Shown here piece by piece: positions 9,334-19,092 of a stretch of 64,000 bases of DNA. Position 1 is the stretch's first letter; each line of letters opens with the position of its first letter. The DNA is from a virus, in IMG/VR virus record IMGVR_UViG_3300013093_003863, positions 1 through 64,000 of that record; one strand, given 5' to 3'. A program made the translations under genes and the position numbers. The notes below the pieces were generated by a model, which was not told where the DNA came from, ran no database searches, and saw only the letters and a program-made list of their open reading frames with translations.

Positions 9334-10607
9334 ACTGGTTTTGTATAAAAAGTAAAGGTGTTGTTGTTGTTCTGTATCAATAACAAACGCAAATTTCCGT
9401 CACTGTCTTTGTATAACGTGGGTTGACTGTAGTTACCAATGTCGGTGCTCATTTGCGGTTGCATACTGGGTTGAAAACTTCCGTTGGTCAATATCCATAA
9501 ATCTGGCAGAGTACTAAAATTCCAATTGCTATCTACATTGTCTACATAAATTGCCGGACTACCATTGATATTTAGGCTGCGTGTGTAGTATTGAAAATAA
9601 TAATTGTTGGGCTGGCTTGGAAAATATGTACTGGTAACATTGGTAAATGACAATCCGGCATTTATTTGTAATGCAGTAAATGAGCCGGTACCGTTATCCA
9701 ATTTGTTGTCGGTCAGGATCAATAAATTATTACTTGATACTATATTTACTATATCGTGTGCCGTACCTTCTGCACCTGGTAACCCTATTACATTGAGAAA
9801 ATTCATATTTCTGTCAAATATCTGCACCACGGCATTATACCCGGCAACAAGAGCAAATCCCACATTGGTAGTAACTATACCAATATTTCCACTATTGGCA
9901 TCTTTAACTACAGCACATGCCCCACCACTGCTGATAAATTGTGCAGTATGAGTCAGAGTAAAATTACGCAAACCATTATTGATGTAAATATTATTGGCGT
10001 AGGTGTTAGTCCCGCCCATTACAATACTGGGCCCATCGCCATTTAAGTCACCAATACAAACTGCATGAGCCCATACAGTATCGACAAAATCATATCTGGT
10101 AAAAACAGCACCATCATTCCAAAACATCACGCTGGCAACGGGACTGCAACATAACTGATTTGACAGTGATGGACTGTCTTGAAATCCACCTAAAAAGATA
10201 TCGGGTTTACCGTCACTGTCGAAGTCGGCAATAATAATGCGTTGACTTCCATAAATCATGTTGTTGCCAACACCCAACATGGCGTCGGTTTGATCTTTCA
10301 AAGTCCCGTCAGTTTGTTGTATCAGTATTTTTACAGGAACTTTGCCATGCACTGCATTGGCGTATGCGGCAGGCTCAACTGCCCAACCACTTACTACTAC
10401 ATCTTCAAGTCCGTCGCCATTTAGGTCGGCCACTTGAGTATTAAAAATTTCTCCGGTTGCCTCACTATTTTGATAAGTTGTCACCTGAGCTAAAGTTTGG
10501 TTAAGAACGTGAGAAACCGTCGGAGTATTTGCACTAGAGACCGAGCCCCCGCCTCCCCCACAAGCAGTTAATACTAAAGTATACAGAATTAGGATACTAT
10601 ATTTCAC
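9330..10607 (-). CDS. FG-GAP/VCBS-repeat lipoprotein (moron)
   Basis: lipobox LTAC-GGGGG; repeats ADLNGDGLEDV, ADFDSDGKPDI, GDLNGDG; GTG start with AGGAG SD. Confidence 0.8.
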   Translation of the reverse strand: MKYSILILYTLVLTACGGGGGSVSSANTPTVSHVLNQTLAQVTTYQNSEATGEIFNTQVADLNGDGLEDVVVSGWAVEPAAYANAVHGKVPVKILIQQTDGTLKDQTDAMLGVGNNMIYGSQRIIIADFDSDGKPDIFLGGFQDSPSLSNQLCCSPVASVMFWNDGAVFTRYDFVDTVWAHAVCIGDLNGDGPSIVMGGTNTYANNIYINNGLRNFTLTHTAQFISSGGACAVVKDANSGNIGIVTTNVGFALVAGYNAVVQIFDRNMNFLNVIGLPGAEGTAHDIVNIVSSNNLLILTDNKLDNGTGSFTALQINAGLSFTNVTSTYFPSQPNNYYFQYYTRSLNINGSPAIYVDNVDSNWNFSTLPDLWILTNGSFQPSMQPQMSTDIGNYSQPTLYKDSDGNLRLLLIQNNNNTFTFYTKPV

Positions 10608-10635
10608 AGGTGCTCCTGTAGCTATTGATATCCTA

Positions 10636-10664
10636 ATTATAGCATTCAAGCCATTTCATGTCAA
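10636..10664 (-). promoter_or_regulatory. consensus sigma70 promoter
   Basis: TTGACA-17nt-(TGc)TATAAT. Confidence 0.85.
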
Positions 10665-10665
10665 A

Positions 10666-11427
10666 TCAGCACGAGTATTCTTGTTGTAATTTGATATTGT
10701 CAAAGAACTCTTTCTTGACACCGGCGTCGTCCTTGAAGCTGCCTTTTAGTACTGTGGTCTGTGTTAGACTGCTTTTAGCCATAATGCCTCTATTCTCGCA
10801 ACAACCATGCACTGCTTGGATGTAAACGCCCAAGTTGGGTGCACCTGTGGCTCGTTCTATTTCCCGAGCAATATCGTTGCACAACTCTTCCTGGAGAGTG
10901 CCGCGACGAGCACACCACTGAGCAATACGAGTGTACTTGCTAAGACCAATAAGTTTTTGTGCGGCGATGATACCAATGTAAGCGACACCAGTAACGGGCT
11001 GATGATGATGACTGCACATAGAGCGGAGCTCACTACGTACCACCAACATACCTTCGTATCGGTCTTCGCTATCGTTTGGAAACGCTGTTGCGTCAGGTCC
11101 TGCGACATATCTGCCCTCCATTATTTCGTTAAAATACATTTTTGCCAAACGTCTTGCAGTGCCCTTGCTGTTAGGATCCGTCTCTCTATCAATCAGCAAA
11201 CAGTCTAACACTCGTTCAAATGCCTCGGTTGCTTCATCAATTAATTGAGGAATGTGTTCTTCTCGAACATACTCGCTAATATTATCTCCAGCCCAAAAAC
11301 GTTTGCCGTTACGTCTCATCACGGAAGCTAGATATCCGTGACGTGTGCCTTCGCTATAACCACCTTCATCTATTTGATTAACGATGTGTTCTTTTTCTTT
11401 AAAATCTTGTTGTGCTTTATCGTACAT
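10666..11427 (-). CDS. folE: GTP cyclohydrolase I
   Basis: SMCSHHHQP, GLSKYTR, LQEEL and HGCCENRG motifs. Confidence 0.92.
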   Translation of the reverse strand: MYDKAQQDFKEKEHIVNQIDEGGYSEGTRHGYLASVMRRNGKRFWAGDNISEYVREEHIPQLIDEATEAFERVLDCLLIDRETDPNSKGTARRLAKMYFNEIMEGRYVAGPDATAFPNDSEDRYEGMLVVRSELRSMCSHHHQPVTGVAYIGIIAAQKLIGLSKYTRIAQWCARRGTLQEELCNDIAREIERATGAPNLGVYIQAVHGCCENRGIMAKSSLTQTTVLKGSFKDDAGVKKEFFDNIKLQQEYSC

Positions 11428-12013
11428 TTATTTTCCTTAAGTCGGGATATTGATAGTATTTAGGTTCTTGGTCAACAAAACTTAATCTTTCTATGCCTCG
11501 TTGACAATCTTCTAATGTGGGGCAATAGTGATAGCCCTGTGCAAATACTGTTTGTTGTTCCCACGGTGAGATTCTAAGATCTCTACCATCGCTGCGTGCA
11601 AGACTACACCAATCATACAATTGTTTGTCATCTGTTAGTATAGCACCAACACGGCCTATTTGTAAAGGCTTTCCGTGCCCAAAACTTACACATTGCACTT
11701 GTCCGGGGCGATACATACCTAATTTTAAAAGTCTAGCACTGTCCCAAATTCGAGTAGCTTCAAACTTGTATTCGCCAATCCATTGTTGTCTATGCGGTAA
11801 TGAGTCGGGATAGAACTCGTAATTGACGCTAAGTTGCTGCAACATCATGGGGATGCTAAGGTACGTGTATGGAGTCAATGTGGTAGCAACAATACGGTCA
11901 TGTCTAAAACACAATTCTAGAGCATGAGTACATCCATCAGTGACAACCACGTAAGGAGCACCAGTGAACCGGCTGAGCTTTTCTTCAAACTCAAATAATT
12001 TATCAAATGCCAT
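11417..12013 (-). CDS. short DegT/DnrJ/EryC1/StrS-family PLP aminotransferase
   Basis: VVTDGCTHALEL, WDSA, SFGHGKPLQIGRVGAILTDD (PLP Lys); only about 198 aa. Confidence 0.75.
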   Translation of the reverse strand: MAFDKLFEFEEKLSRFTGAPYVVVTDGCTHALELCFRHDRIVATTLTPYTYLSIPMMLQQLSVNYEFYPDSLPHRQQWIGEYKFEATRIWDSARLLKLGMYRPGQVQCVSFGHGKPLQIGRVGAILTDDKQLYDWCSLARSDGRDLRISPWEQQTVFAQGYHYCPTLEDCQRGIERLSFVDQEPKYYQYPDLRKINVR

Positions 12014-12986
12014 TTCTTGTATACCATTTGTAAGCACTATCAATGATAGTTTCTAAATCGCTGAACAACGGAGTCCAACTCAATTGTTTTCGTGCTTTAC
12101 CGGCATCAGCATATAACTGTGCCGGATCGCCAAAACGTCTTGGGCCATATGATATTTGTTCCATCTTGCCGTATCGGGAAGTAACATAGCTAATGATTTC
12201 CAAATTGCTTGTACCTTTACCGGTACTGAGATTGTAAACGTGTGCACCCATTTGCGGATAGTCGTCCAACATCCAACTTGCACCTAGCACATGTGCTCGT
12301 GCAATATCCCACACATGTACATAGTCACGTACCGCAGTATGATCGTCGGTGCCAAAGTCAATACCATTCAAAACAAATGCAGTACCTGAGAGTTTGGCTT
12401 CTAACAATCGTGCCACAATATGTGTAGCACCAGGTTCTTGTCCTAGATCAAAGTTGACAGGTTCGGCACCAGCAGCATTGAAGTATCTAAAGCACATACT
12501 TTGTAAGGCATACGCACCCCAATAGTCACGTAGTATACTTTCAGTCATGGCTTTTGTATTGCCATATGGACTAATAGGCTTTACGGGATCATCCTCTACT
12601 AAAGGCAGTCGATCGGGCTCGCCGTATACACTGGCACTACTAGAAAACATAATGACAGGTTTTTTGGCGATATCCTTGACAACATTAAGCAATTGAATTG
12701 TTTTTGCTATGTTATTGTTGTAGTATTCTCCAGGATCTTTCATGCTGGGTCCTACTAAGCTAGTGCCAGCACAATGCACAACAACATCAGGCTCGTTCAT
12801 GCGAATAAAACTCAAGGCCTCATCGCTAACAAAGTCATTTATGACCCACCCATCCATATTTTGTAATGTATGATCTCGTTGTACTTGATCAATAATGTAT
12901 ACAGTATCGCCACGTTGTTTGAATGCACGAGCCACATGACTACCAATATAACCACACCCACCAGTCACTACGATTTTTCTAATCAT
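12003..12986 (-). CDS. galE: UDP-glucose 4-epimerase
   Basis: VTGGCGYIGSH, FSSSASVYG, SPYGNTK, RYFNAAGA, RDYVHV. Confidence 0.9.
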   Translation of the reverse strand: MIRKIVVTGGCGYIGSHVARAFKQRGDTVYIIDQVQRDHTLQNMDGWVINDFVSDEALSFIRMNEPDVVVHCAGTSLVGPSMKDPGEYYNNNIAKTIQLLNVVKDIAKKPVIMFSSSASVYGEPDRLPLVEDDPVKPISPYGNTKAMTESILRDYWGAYALQSMCFRYFNAAGAEPVNFDLGQEPGATHIVARLLEAKLSGTAFVLNGIDFGTDDHTAVRDYVHVWDIARAHVLGASWMLDDYPQMGAHVYNLSTGKGTSNLEIISYVTSRYGKMEQISYGPRRFGDPAQLYADAGKARKQLSWTPLFSDLETIIDSAYKWYTRNGI

Positions 12987-13983
12987 TAAACATTTCCTTA
13001 ATTCGTTGCAATATCAAATTTTCAACTCGGTTACTGTTAACAAGTTTATAATTATGTTCTATTTCTTTTCTATGACTAAAGTAAAAATCTTCTATATAAT
13101 CTCGTCCCTTACTTACTATTGTAACAATACTATCAATTTTTTTCAAAATTGTCATATCATCATATCCATCAGGCAATAAATCTTCCAACATTTCAAAACC
13201 TAGTCCTTTTAAGTATGCAATATGTCCTCGTGCACCTAAAATTAAAGGTATTTGCCCGCTGCGAAATGGCTTATAACTCTTTTCGGTCACCACAGGAAGA
13301 TTGATATTTCTACCGTAAGGATATTCTTCGGATTCCGATTCGGTTACAATATTACAATAAGCATTATTGTAAGCCAAGTTATTAATTGAATGATCGTTTA
13401 CAAAATTTTTTACTTGAGAAGTTGATTCAATGGCACGAATAGGTAGTAGATCTAGATAACCTTGAAAGTCTGGAAGTGTATTAATTATATCTGGTGCCGG
13501 CAATTTATTTACCCACCAACTGTTATAATCATTCTGAGAAAAAATAATACTCCCTAATAAATTATTTTTGTAAAAATTATAACCTAAAATTAAACGATGT
13601 AGTACACCAGCATTATTGTTCAAACAACTAAATCCATATGGCAAATTGGCATTTAATAATTTAAAATTTATACTACTGATTGTTCTGGACCAATAAAATA
13701 TTGGATATGATATTTTCCAATGCAGATTATCAACTTTGGTGTTGTTGTATTCTAATGTTTGCATGAAAACATTTTTATTGACTAATGCAGGATGATTAAA
13801 AATATTTGCCTCGTTGCTAAAATATCTCCAAACATCCGAGTTAGTCAATACAACAGTATCCTCGGGTATACTTAATTGATTTAAAATTGTTATTATTGTG
13901 CCAGGATCTTTACTACTGATATTGACAATTTTTTTATTTGTGCCAGGTAGTACATCAAGCAAAGGCTTAATATTTCGATTCAT
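12979..13983 (-). CDS. AT-rich hypothetical protein, glycosyltransferase/exostosin-like C-terminus
   Basis: CNIVTES...VTEKSYKPF...G..GHIAYLKGLGF; lower GC than flanks; start reassigned. Confidence 0.55.
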   Translation of the reverse strand: MNRNIKPLLDVLPGTNKKIVNISSKDPGTIITILNQLSIPEDTVVLTNSDVWRYFSNEANIFNHPALVNKNVFMQTLEYNNTKVDNLHWKISYPIFYWSRTISSINFKLLNANLPYGFSCLNNNAGVLHRLILGYNFYKNNLLGSIIFSQNDYNSWWVNKLPAPDIINTLPDFQGYLDLLPIRAIESTSQVKNFVNDHSINNLAYNNAYCNIVTESESEEYPYGRNINLPVVTEKSYKPFRSGQIPLILGARGHIAYLKGLGFEMLEDLLPDGYDDMTILKKIDSIVTIVSKGRDYIEDFYFSHRKEIEHNYKLVNSNRVENLILQRIKEMFND

Positions 13984-15172
13984 GTGTGTGTTTACGATAG
14001 TCAACACTATTACGAGACCACCGGTTGTGTTCCCACCGCTTGTGTCTATTGTTACTGGTACCTTCCAAGATATCAACAACGCGATCAATAGTACCATCAG
14101 TCCAATCAGAGATCCGACCCATGTTAGGACTTGGATCATTTAACAATGGATACAATTTGTTGATAGCATCATCTATGCTCCAAGGCACATACAATCTTGT
14201 ATGATCGTTAGCAAAGGTCTCAGGGAAACTCCTATAAGCAGGATATAAAACATTACATCCGAGAGTATCTGCTTCACTGACAGTGTTGGACACCCAATCT
14301 TGAAGAGCACAATTAAATAGCACCCGAGTATCGTTAAGTAAAGCGTAATAATCATTTTTCTCTAAGTCCTCGTGCAGGGTTAACAATCCACGTGCCTGCA
14401 TGTCACGTGTACGGTTCATGTAACTGTCGTTATTGCTTTTTAGTTTAGCACCACTAAACACACAAAACTCTACGCCTAGATGTGGATAACGTCTCGTCCA
14501 TTCTTCAATAAAGTCCATGTAAAAGTCTGGTTGCTTTTCTTGATCCCAACGTGCCGCAAAGCCCACACGTAGTGCACGTTCTCGAAACGGCTTTAAGTCA
14601 CCAGGAACTCGTGCACGTACTTCCTCCTTGCCAAATGCCAATCCCGAAATATTATATACGGGGGCTTCCCAGCCTGCGATCTTCATGTGCATTACCATTT
14701 CTTCATTTGAGGCTAGGACGATGTCTGCGAACGAGTCCACCATTTTCTCATACAAGCCCATCCATTTCGACATGCCCCATACATGTACGAAATCGTCAGG
14801 ATCAATACTTTGAGCAAGACAGCGAACAGCAACACGGGGCCGAAAATCAGGGGCAATTTGGTCAAAAATATATGGCAAACTTTCGATACCGGGCTGGAAC
14901 ATGTCTTCAAAGTAAATGACATCTTCATTGGTTACATCTCCTGCTTTAAGTCGTCGAATTAAATTCATTAACTGGCTCATACCAAAGTATGTACGTCCAT
15001 GTGCGTCTAACACTTGTCCTGTAACAATAGCTTGGTCGTTGCTGAGAGTTTCGCCGGTTACTAATTCATAATTAATACCACGACGTTTAAATACTGCTTC
15101 GTTCCAATCTTGCAGTTGTAATGTATATCTTGCTTTATAAGGCTCTAGGCCCATGTACCATAGTTTTCTCAT
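13967..15172 (-). CDS. GT-B fold glycosyltransferase
   Basis: FAARWDQEKQP, NCALQDWVSNTVSEA, YPAYRSFPE GT-B-like C-domain. Confidence 0.75.
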   Translation of the reverse strand: MRKLWYMGLEPYKARYTLQLQDWNEAVFKRRGINYELVTGETLSNDQAIVTGQVLDAHGRTYFGMSQLMNLIRRLKAGDVTNEDVIYFEDMFQPGIESLPYIFDQIAPDFRPRVAVRCLAQSIDPDDFVHVWGMSKWMGLYEKMVDSFADIVLASNEEMVMHMKIAGWEAPVYNISGLAFGKEEVRARVPGDLKPFRERALRVGFAARWDQEKQPDFYMDFIEEWTRRYPHLGVEFCVFSGAKLKSNNDSYMNRTRDMQARGLLTLHEDLEKNDYYALLNDTRVLFNCALQDWVSNTVSEADTLGCNVLYPAYRSFPETFANDHTRLYVPWSIDDAINKLYPLLNDPSPNMGRISDWTDGTIDRVVDILEGTSNNRHKRWEHNRWSRNSVDYRKHTHESKY

Positions 15173-15173
15173 A

Positions 15174-15545
15174 TTACGCTTTCTTTAAAAATGGTTCAAG
15201 TTCAGGAGCAGTCCAACCTAGAGGTTTAAGAACCTTGCCATCTTCACGTTTACGAACCTTGCCGGTATCTCGATCAATCTTTTCAAAGTTGGTACGCATA
15301 ACTTCTTTCCAAGCACCTTCAGCATCAGCACCCATACTGTGTATAGCACCGATTGTAACAACTAAGATATCAATTAATGCATCTAATGTTTCGACCGGAT
15401 CGCTATTGTTCATAGCAACAGTTAATTCATCGTGTTCTTCTTTGATCAGCCCTACGTACATACCAAACTGTTGAGTATTGATGTTGTCAACAGTTTGATC
15501 GCACGCCCTCATAAACTTTTCTTGGTCTCTAAAAGGATTAGTCAC
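15174..15545 (-). CDS. MazG-like/dimeric dUTPase-fold NTP pyrophosphatase
   Basis: IKEEHDEL..DALIDILVVTIG..EVMRTNFEK..REDGKVLKP. Confidence 0.8.
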   Translation of the reverse strand: MTNPFRDQEKFMRACDQTVDNINTQQFGMYVGLIKEEHDELTVAMNNSDPVETLDALIDILVVTIGAIHSMGADAEGAWKEVMRTNFEKIDRDTGKVRKREDGKVLKPLGWTAPELEPFLKKA

Positions 15546-15816
15546 GATTTTGTTCCCTTACTCGCCAATTGGAATTGGTATCACGTGGCCTAAATGTAGT
15601 ACGTTCACGATTGGGAGTACGCCAATGATCCCACGGTTCTTTGCCCTTGGTATACCGTACAAACTCACCATATGGTGTACGCTCGTTGTAGAGATGACGT
15701 TCATCAAAAACGTATCCGTAGTCTACGCAAAATTGCTTGTAAACTTCTAGGTCTTCAAAAATGTTTTTGACTTCTTGTTTCATGGTCAAATATTTTTTCA
15801 GATTTTCGTTTGCCAT
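15538..15816 (-). CDS. hypothetical phage protein
   Basis: 92-aa ORF with AAGGA SD. Confidence 0.7.
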   Translation of the reverse strand: MANENLKKYLTMKQEVKNIFEDLEVYKQFCVDYGYVFDERHLYNERTPYGEFVRYTKGKEPWDHWRTPNRERTTFRPRDTNSNWRVREQNRD

Positions 15817-15825
15817 ATATGTTCC

Positions 15826-16269
15826 TTAAATTACTATGGATTGACTTGGACGGGTGAGGTTGTAGTTAATGACGCATCCGTTTTCACCGTCCTCGGATAC
15901 TTCAATTGTGACGTCGCGATTGGGATAACGTCCGGCAATTTGTACATACAAATCATCTGCGATCATTTCGCAACTCTTGTAGTCTAATGCTAGTATACTA
16001 TCTTTATATAAGTTTTCCAACCAACGCTTGAACTGAATAAATTCAATGTCGCGATCATTGTGGAATACATCAATTGCCACCCTAAAGTGGAATATATGAC
16101 GATGAGGAGTGCCCAAAAACGATACATCATATTCATCTCCTGTTGCTAGTTGTGGGTCTGTTGCAGCAGCTGGATAGCAATGAATGCCTTCCTTTTGAAA
16201 CGTTACAAATATTGTACGTCCAGCGGCAGTTTTAATTCGTTCTACAGTTTCTCTTTCGGCTTGAATCAT
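15826..16269 (-). CDS. second QueD/PTPS-like T-fold protein (possible DpdL-like)
   Basis: EGIHCYP, HRHIFHFRV, SCEMIA, VSEDGENG. Confidence 0.65.
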   Translation of the reverse strand: MIQAERETVERIKTAAGRTIFVTFQKEGIHCYPAAATDPQLATGDEYDVSFLGTPHRHIFHFRVAIDVFHNDRDIEFIQFKRWLENLYKDSILALDYKSCEMIADDLYVQIAGRYPNRDVTIEVSEDGENGCVINYNLTRPSQSIVI

Positions 16270-16778
16270 AATGGTGAGTCTTTAGTATATTGTGACCAAT
16301 CAGTAAACACTGTTCGATCACGTAGGTTGTGTAAACTATGACACCAAACTCCGGGATTGGATTTTGCAAAGTCTTTGTCATCTAGTTTGAGTACTGCGTT
16401 ATACCCCAGTAACTGAATATACGGCAGTTTAACCGATATCATGGGGATAAAGTTGTTGAACTCTACCAGCCCACTTTCGGCTAATCCTTCTACACAAGTG
16501 CTATCTATGTCTAGAGTGCATAGATAACCTCGTTGTAAAAATGGTTGAATCATGTCTTCCCATGGTTGCCAAACGCCAATGTCGTTAACATCGCACTTGG
16601 GAAAGCTCATGTTGGCACCAAAGTAAATATGTTCAATTTGATTCAACGATAACGCTTTTGTAATTGCTTCGTCAGTTTGTACTCCAACTACAAACAATGT
16701 TCTTTTTCCATGTGCCGGAGTATGTTCTACTTCGGTGCCATAGAAAAAATCCACATCTTCAAAGCCATCTCTGATCAT
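16266..16778 (-). CDS. hypothetical protein in deazaguanine cluster
   Basis: 170-aa ORF, FYGTEVEHTP...NPGVWCH. Confidence 0.7.
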   Translation of the reverse strand: MIRDGFEDVDFFYGTEVEHTPAHGKRTLFVVGVQTDEAITKALSLNQIEHIYFGANMSFPKCDVNDIGVWQPWEDMIQPFLQRGYLCTLDIDSTCVEGLAESGLVEFNNFIPMISVKLPYIQLLGYNAVLKLDDKDFAKSNPGVWCHSLHNLRDRTVFTDWSQYTKDSPL

Positions 16779-16962
16779 CGGGTTCCCCTCGTGCTATTTG
16801 TTCTTTTATTTTAACAATATCTTCTTTGACATGCAACCTTTGTTTCTTCAGTTTGGTCATGTGTTCATCGGTAAACATACCAGTTTGTTCCATTTTGTCA
16901 ATTTTTTTATCCAAAGTGGCATGTTCTTTTTCTAGATGTTTGAGTCGTCCGGGTAAGGTCAT
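16759..16962 (-). CDS. DUF465/YdcH-like small coiled-coil protein
   Basis: LEKEHATLDKKI...LKKQRLHVKEDI pattern. Confidence 0.65.
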   Translation of the reverse strand: MTLPGRLKHLEKEHATLDKKIDKMEQTGMFTDEHMTKLKKQRLHVKEDIVKIKEQIARGEPDDQRWL

Positions 16963-18479
16963 TGTTCCTCCAATTCGTCAAGTCGGTTGTTGTCTAATTC
17001 GGGTTCTACATACTCAAACAATTGATTAAACATAGTGGTGCTGTTACGTGCTTTCTTGCCAGTGTAGCCACGTCCACCAACGATCTCCATCCAATAGTCA
17101 TCGTATTTTTTAATTATTGCTTCGCTGGCTGCTCGGGTAGGAGCCGCAAATATACTTTCCACAACATCTTCAAATTTGGCATAGTCGCCTTCGCTGCGTT
17201 GCATCATGCCGGGTCGTTCGCCTGCATCAAAACGTCTATTGGCTTCTTGTACCGCAGTCAAATGCATCCAAACATTGTGGCTCATCAGTAACATATAACT
17301 AAAACTGTCCCACGAACTACGTCCTTCTTTGCCGTTTTTGTTCAAGTCACCGGGCTTATATATACAGATGTCTCGCATAGTTAGCAAATCGCTCACCGGA
17401 CTGGCTTGCCAAGTTGGATAGTAGCCATCGGCAACTACAGCTTGTCCGTATGGACGTGTGTCGGTGCTGTATTTTTTATCATCAGGACCGGCCGCCATCT
17501 TGTAACTCCATTTGCCTTGGTCGGGAAATGCGTTTTCGTAATAGACCTGTCCGTTTGCAGTTGCCAGGAAAGGACTTGCACAATCAAACGATATAGTAAA
17601 ATTGGGGTTGGCATACCGGCGAACATTGCGTTGGATAACTGTGAGCAATACTGCCCATTCCAGTTTACTAGTGCCCAAAAAGTGCATCCAATCATGAACA
17701 CCTTCTTGTAACAAACCATCGTACTTTAACGCAATCAATCGATCCAGTATTAGATGTACATCGCACATGTTTTGTCCGCCCATGCCCCAACCATTAAAAT
17801 GCGTATCGGGATACTGTGCTGGATCACAATAGTGTTTCATGGTTTCGTACCAATCGTCGGCTTCTTTGTGACTAGCACCTTGTAGCACATTCAAGAATCT
17901 AGCACCACCGTTACGAATGCCTTTGCGATTGTTTATGAAGTATTCGTTATTGAATCGAGTGGCATCTACTGCTTCTTGGTGCTTGGTAATTTTACATTTG
18001 CTTTTGGCAAATTCGTCACGCACAACCCAAGTGGGAATATCCAGGCCCATGCCGTACGTGGCACTGCCATCCAGCCATTTAAGCACACTATCACGCATCT
18101 TTTGTGCTCGAGGACATCCCGAGTTGGCTTTCCAATCGCCTTCCCACAAGCCCTTGGCAATTTGGAATCCGCCCGAGTCGCCAACCAGTGTAGTGCCCTT
18201 TTCACGTTTACGCATCATGTTTTCGGCCGGCACTTCCTTGGTCAAATCCAAGTTGGCATGTCCGCCTGAATGTAGACTCCACTTGTACGGAAACAGTGCC
18301 TGCTGACTGTTGAGCCAATTCAGTTGCTCCATGCTGGTCAATCCAGCGGGAAAACGTTTGGGGTCTACATAGTCATTGTTGACCTGTTGCTTGCCCACAA
18401 ACGTAGCATAAAAGCCACTGATAGCGGGCAAAAAGACTGCATAGTCGTTTTGTTTTTGTGTTAAGTTATCTTGTGCCAT
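16959..18479 (-). CDS. dpdA: TGT-fold 7-deazaguanine transglycosylase (DpdA-like)
   Basis: GDSGGFQ, LDIP, NVLQG, GWGMGG, HFLG and SFDCASP TGT motifs; no CxCxxC Zn site; clustered with que genes. Confidence 0.75.
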   Translation of the reverse strand: MAQDNLTQKQNDYAVFLPAISGFYATFVGKQQVNNDYVDPKRFPAGLTSMEQLNWLNSQQALFPYKWSLHSGGHANLDLTKEVPAENMMRKREKGTTLVGDSGGFQIAKGLWEGDWKANSGCPRAQKMRDSVLKWLDGSATYGMGLDIPTWVVRDEFAKSKCKITKHQEAVDATRFNNEYFINNRKGIRNGGARFLNVLQGASHKEADDWYETMKHYCDPAQYPDTHFNGWGMGGQNMCDVHLILDRLIALKYDGLLQEGVHDWMHFLGTSKLEWAVLLTVIQRNVRRYANPNFTISFDCASPFLATANGQVYYENAFPDQGKWSYKMAAGPDDKKYSTDTRPYGQAVVADGYYPTWQASPVSDLLTMRDICIYKPGDLNKNGKEGRSSWDSFSYMLLMSHNVWMHLTAVQEANRRFDAGERPGMMQRSEGDYAKFEDVVESIFAAPTRAASEAIIKKYDDYWMEIVGGRGYTGKKARNSTTMFNQLFEYVEPELDNNRLDELEEQ

Positions 18480-19092
18480 AAAATTGTACAGAGTTTATTA
18501 GTTTGTAATCTTCTTCGAAGTAGTTTTGTATTTGTTCAAGGTATTTAGATTCGTTAAGATAGTGCTGAAATATTTCTTTAAACCGTCGGCGTTCGGGACT
18601 GTGTTCGCTTACGTGTTGCGGTTCATATGCGGCATAGCGATTGGTACCATAGTACCCGGCAATTAAATCAGCAAAGTTCTTGGAATAGTTTTCATCACAC
18701 CGCAAGAAAGTACAACGATCAGTATCAAGTCCGTGTACAAATTTTACTTGTTTTTCTGTATGGTCGTCAAATACTACTCTATCAAATACTAGTTCAACAG
18801 TTTCTCGATCATCGAATTCAAATTCAGGATGATACAAAAACATACACTCGGCAATACCACTTAACCAACGATCCACGGGATCACGTAGTGCAATGATGGC
18901 ATGTTTGTCAAGTGCATCAGTATGGTAATTGTAAAATTGCCAGCCCCAATCTTGCAAATTGGGTTTGGTCCACGACGTGGCATTCTTGGGAATGTAAACG
19001 TACATTAAATCACTGTCAGGGTGACTCATGCACTCACCATAACGGTGACCTTTGTTTTTCCACTCGTCCAAGAAGCCGGCGTCGACGATCAC
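18466..19092 (-). CDS. sulfotransferase-family protein
   Basis: YIPKNATSW (5'-PSB-like), RDPVDRWLSG (3'-PB-like), terminal EDY. Confidence 0.7.
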   Translation of the reverse strand: MIVDAGFLDEWKNKGHRYGECMSHPDSDLMYVYIPKNATSWTKPNLQDWGWQFYNYHTDALDKHAIIALRDPVDRWLSGIAECMFLYHPEFEFDDRETVELVFDRVVFDDHTEKQVKFVHGLDTDRCTFLRCDENYSKNFADLIAGYYGTNRYAAYEPQHVSEHSPERRRFKEIFQHYLNESKYLEQIQNYFEEDYKLINSVQFYGTR

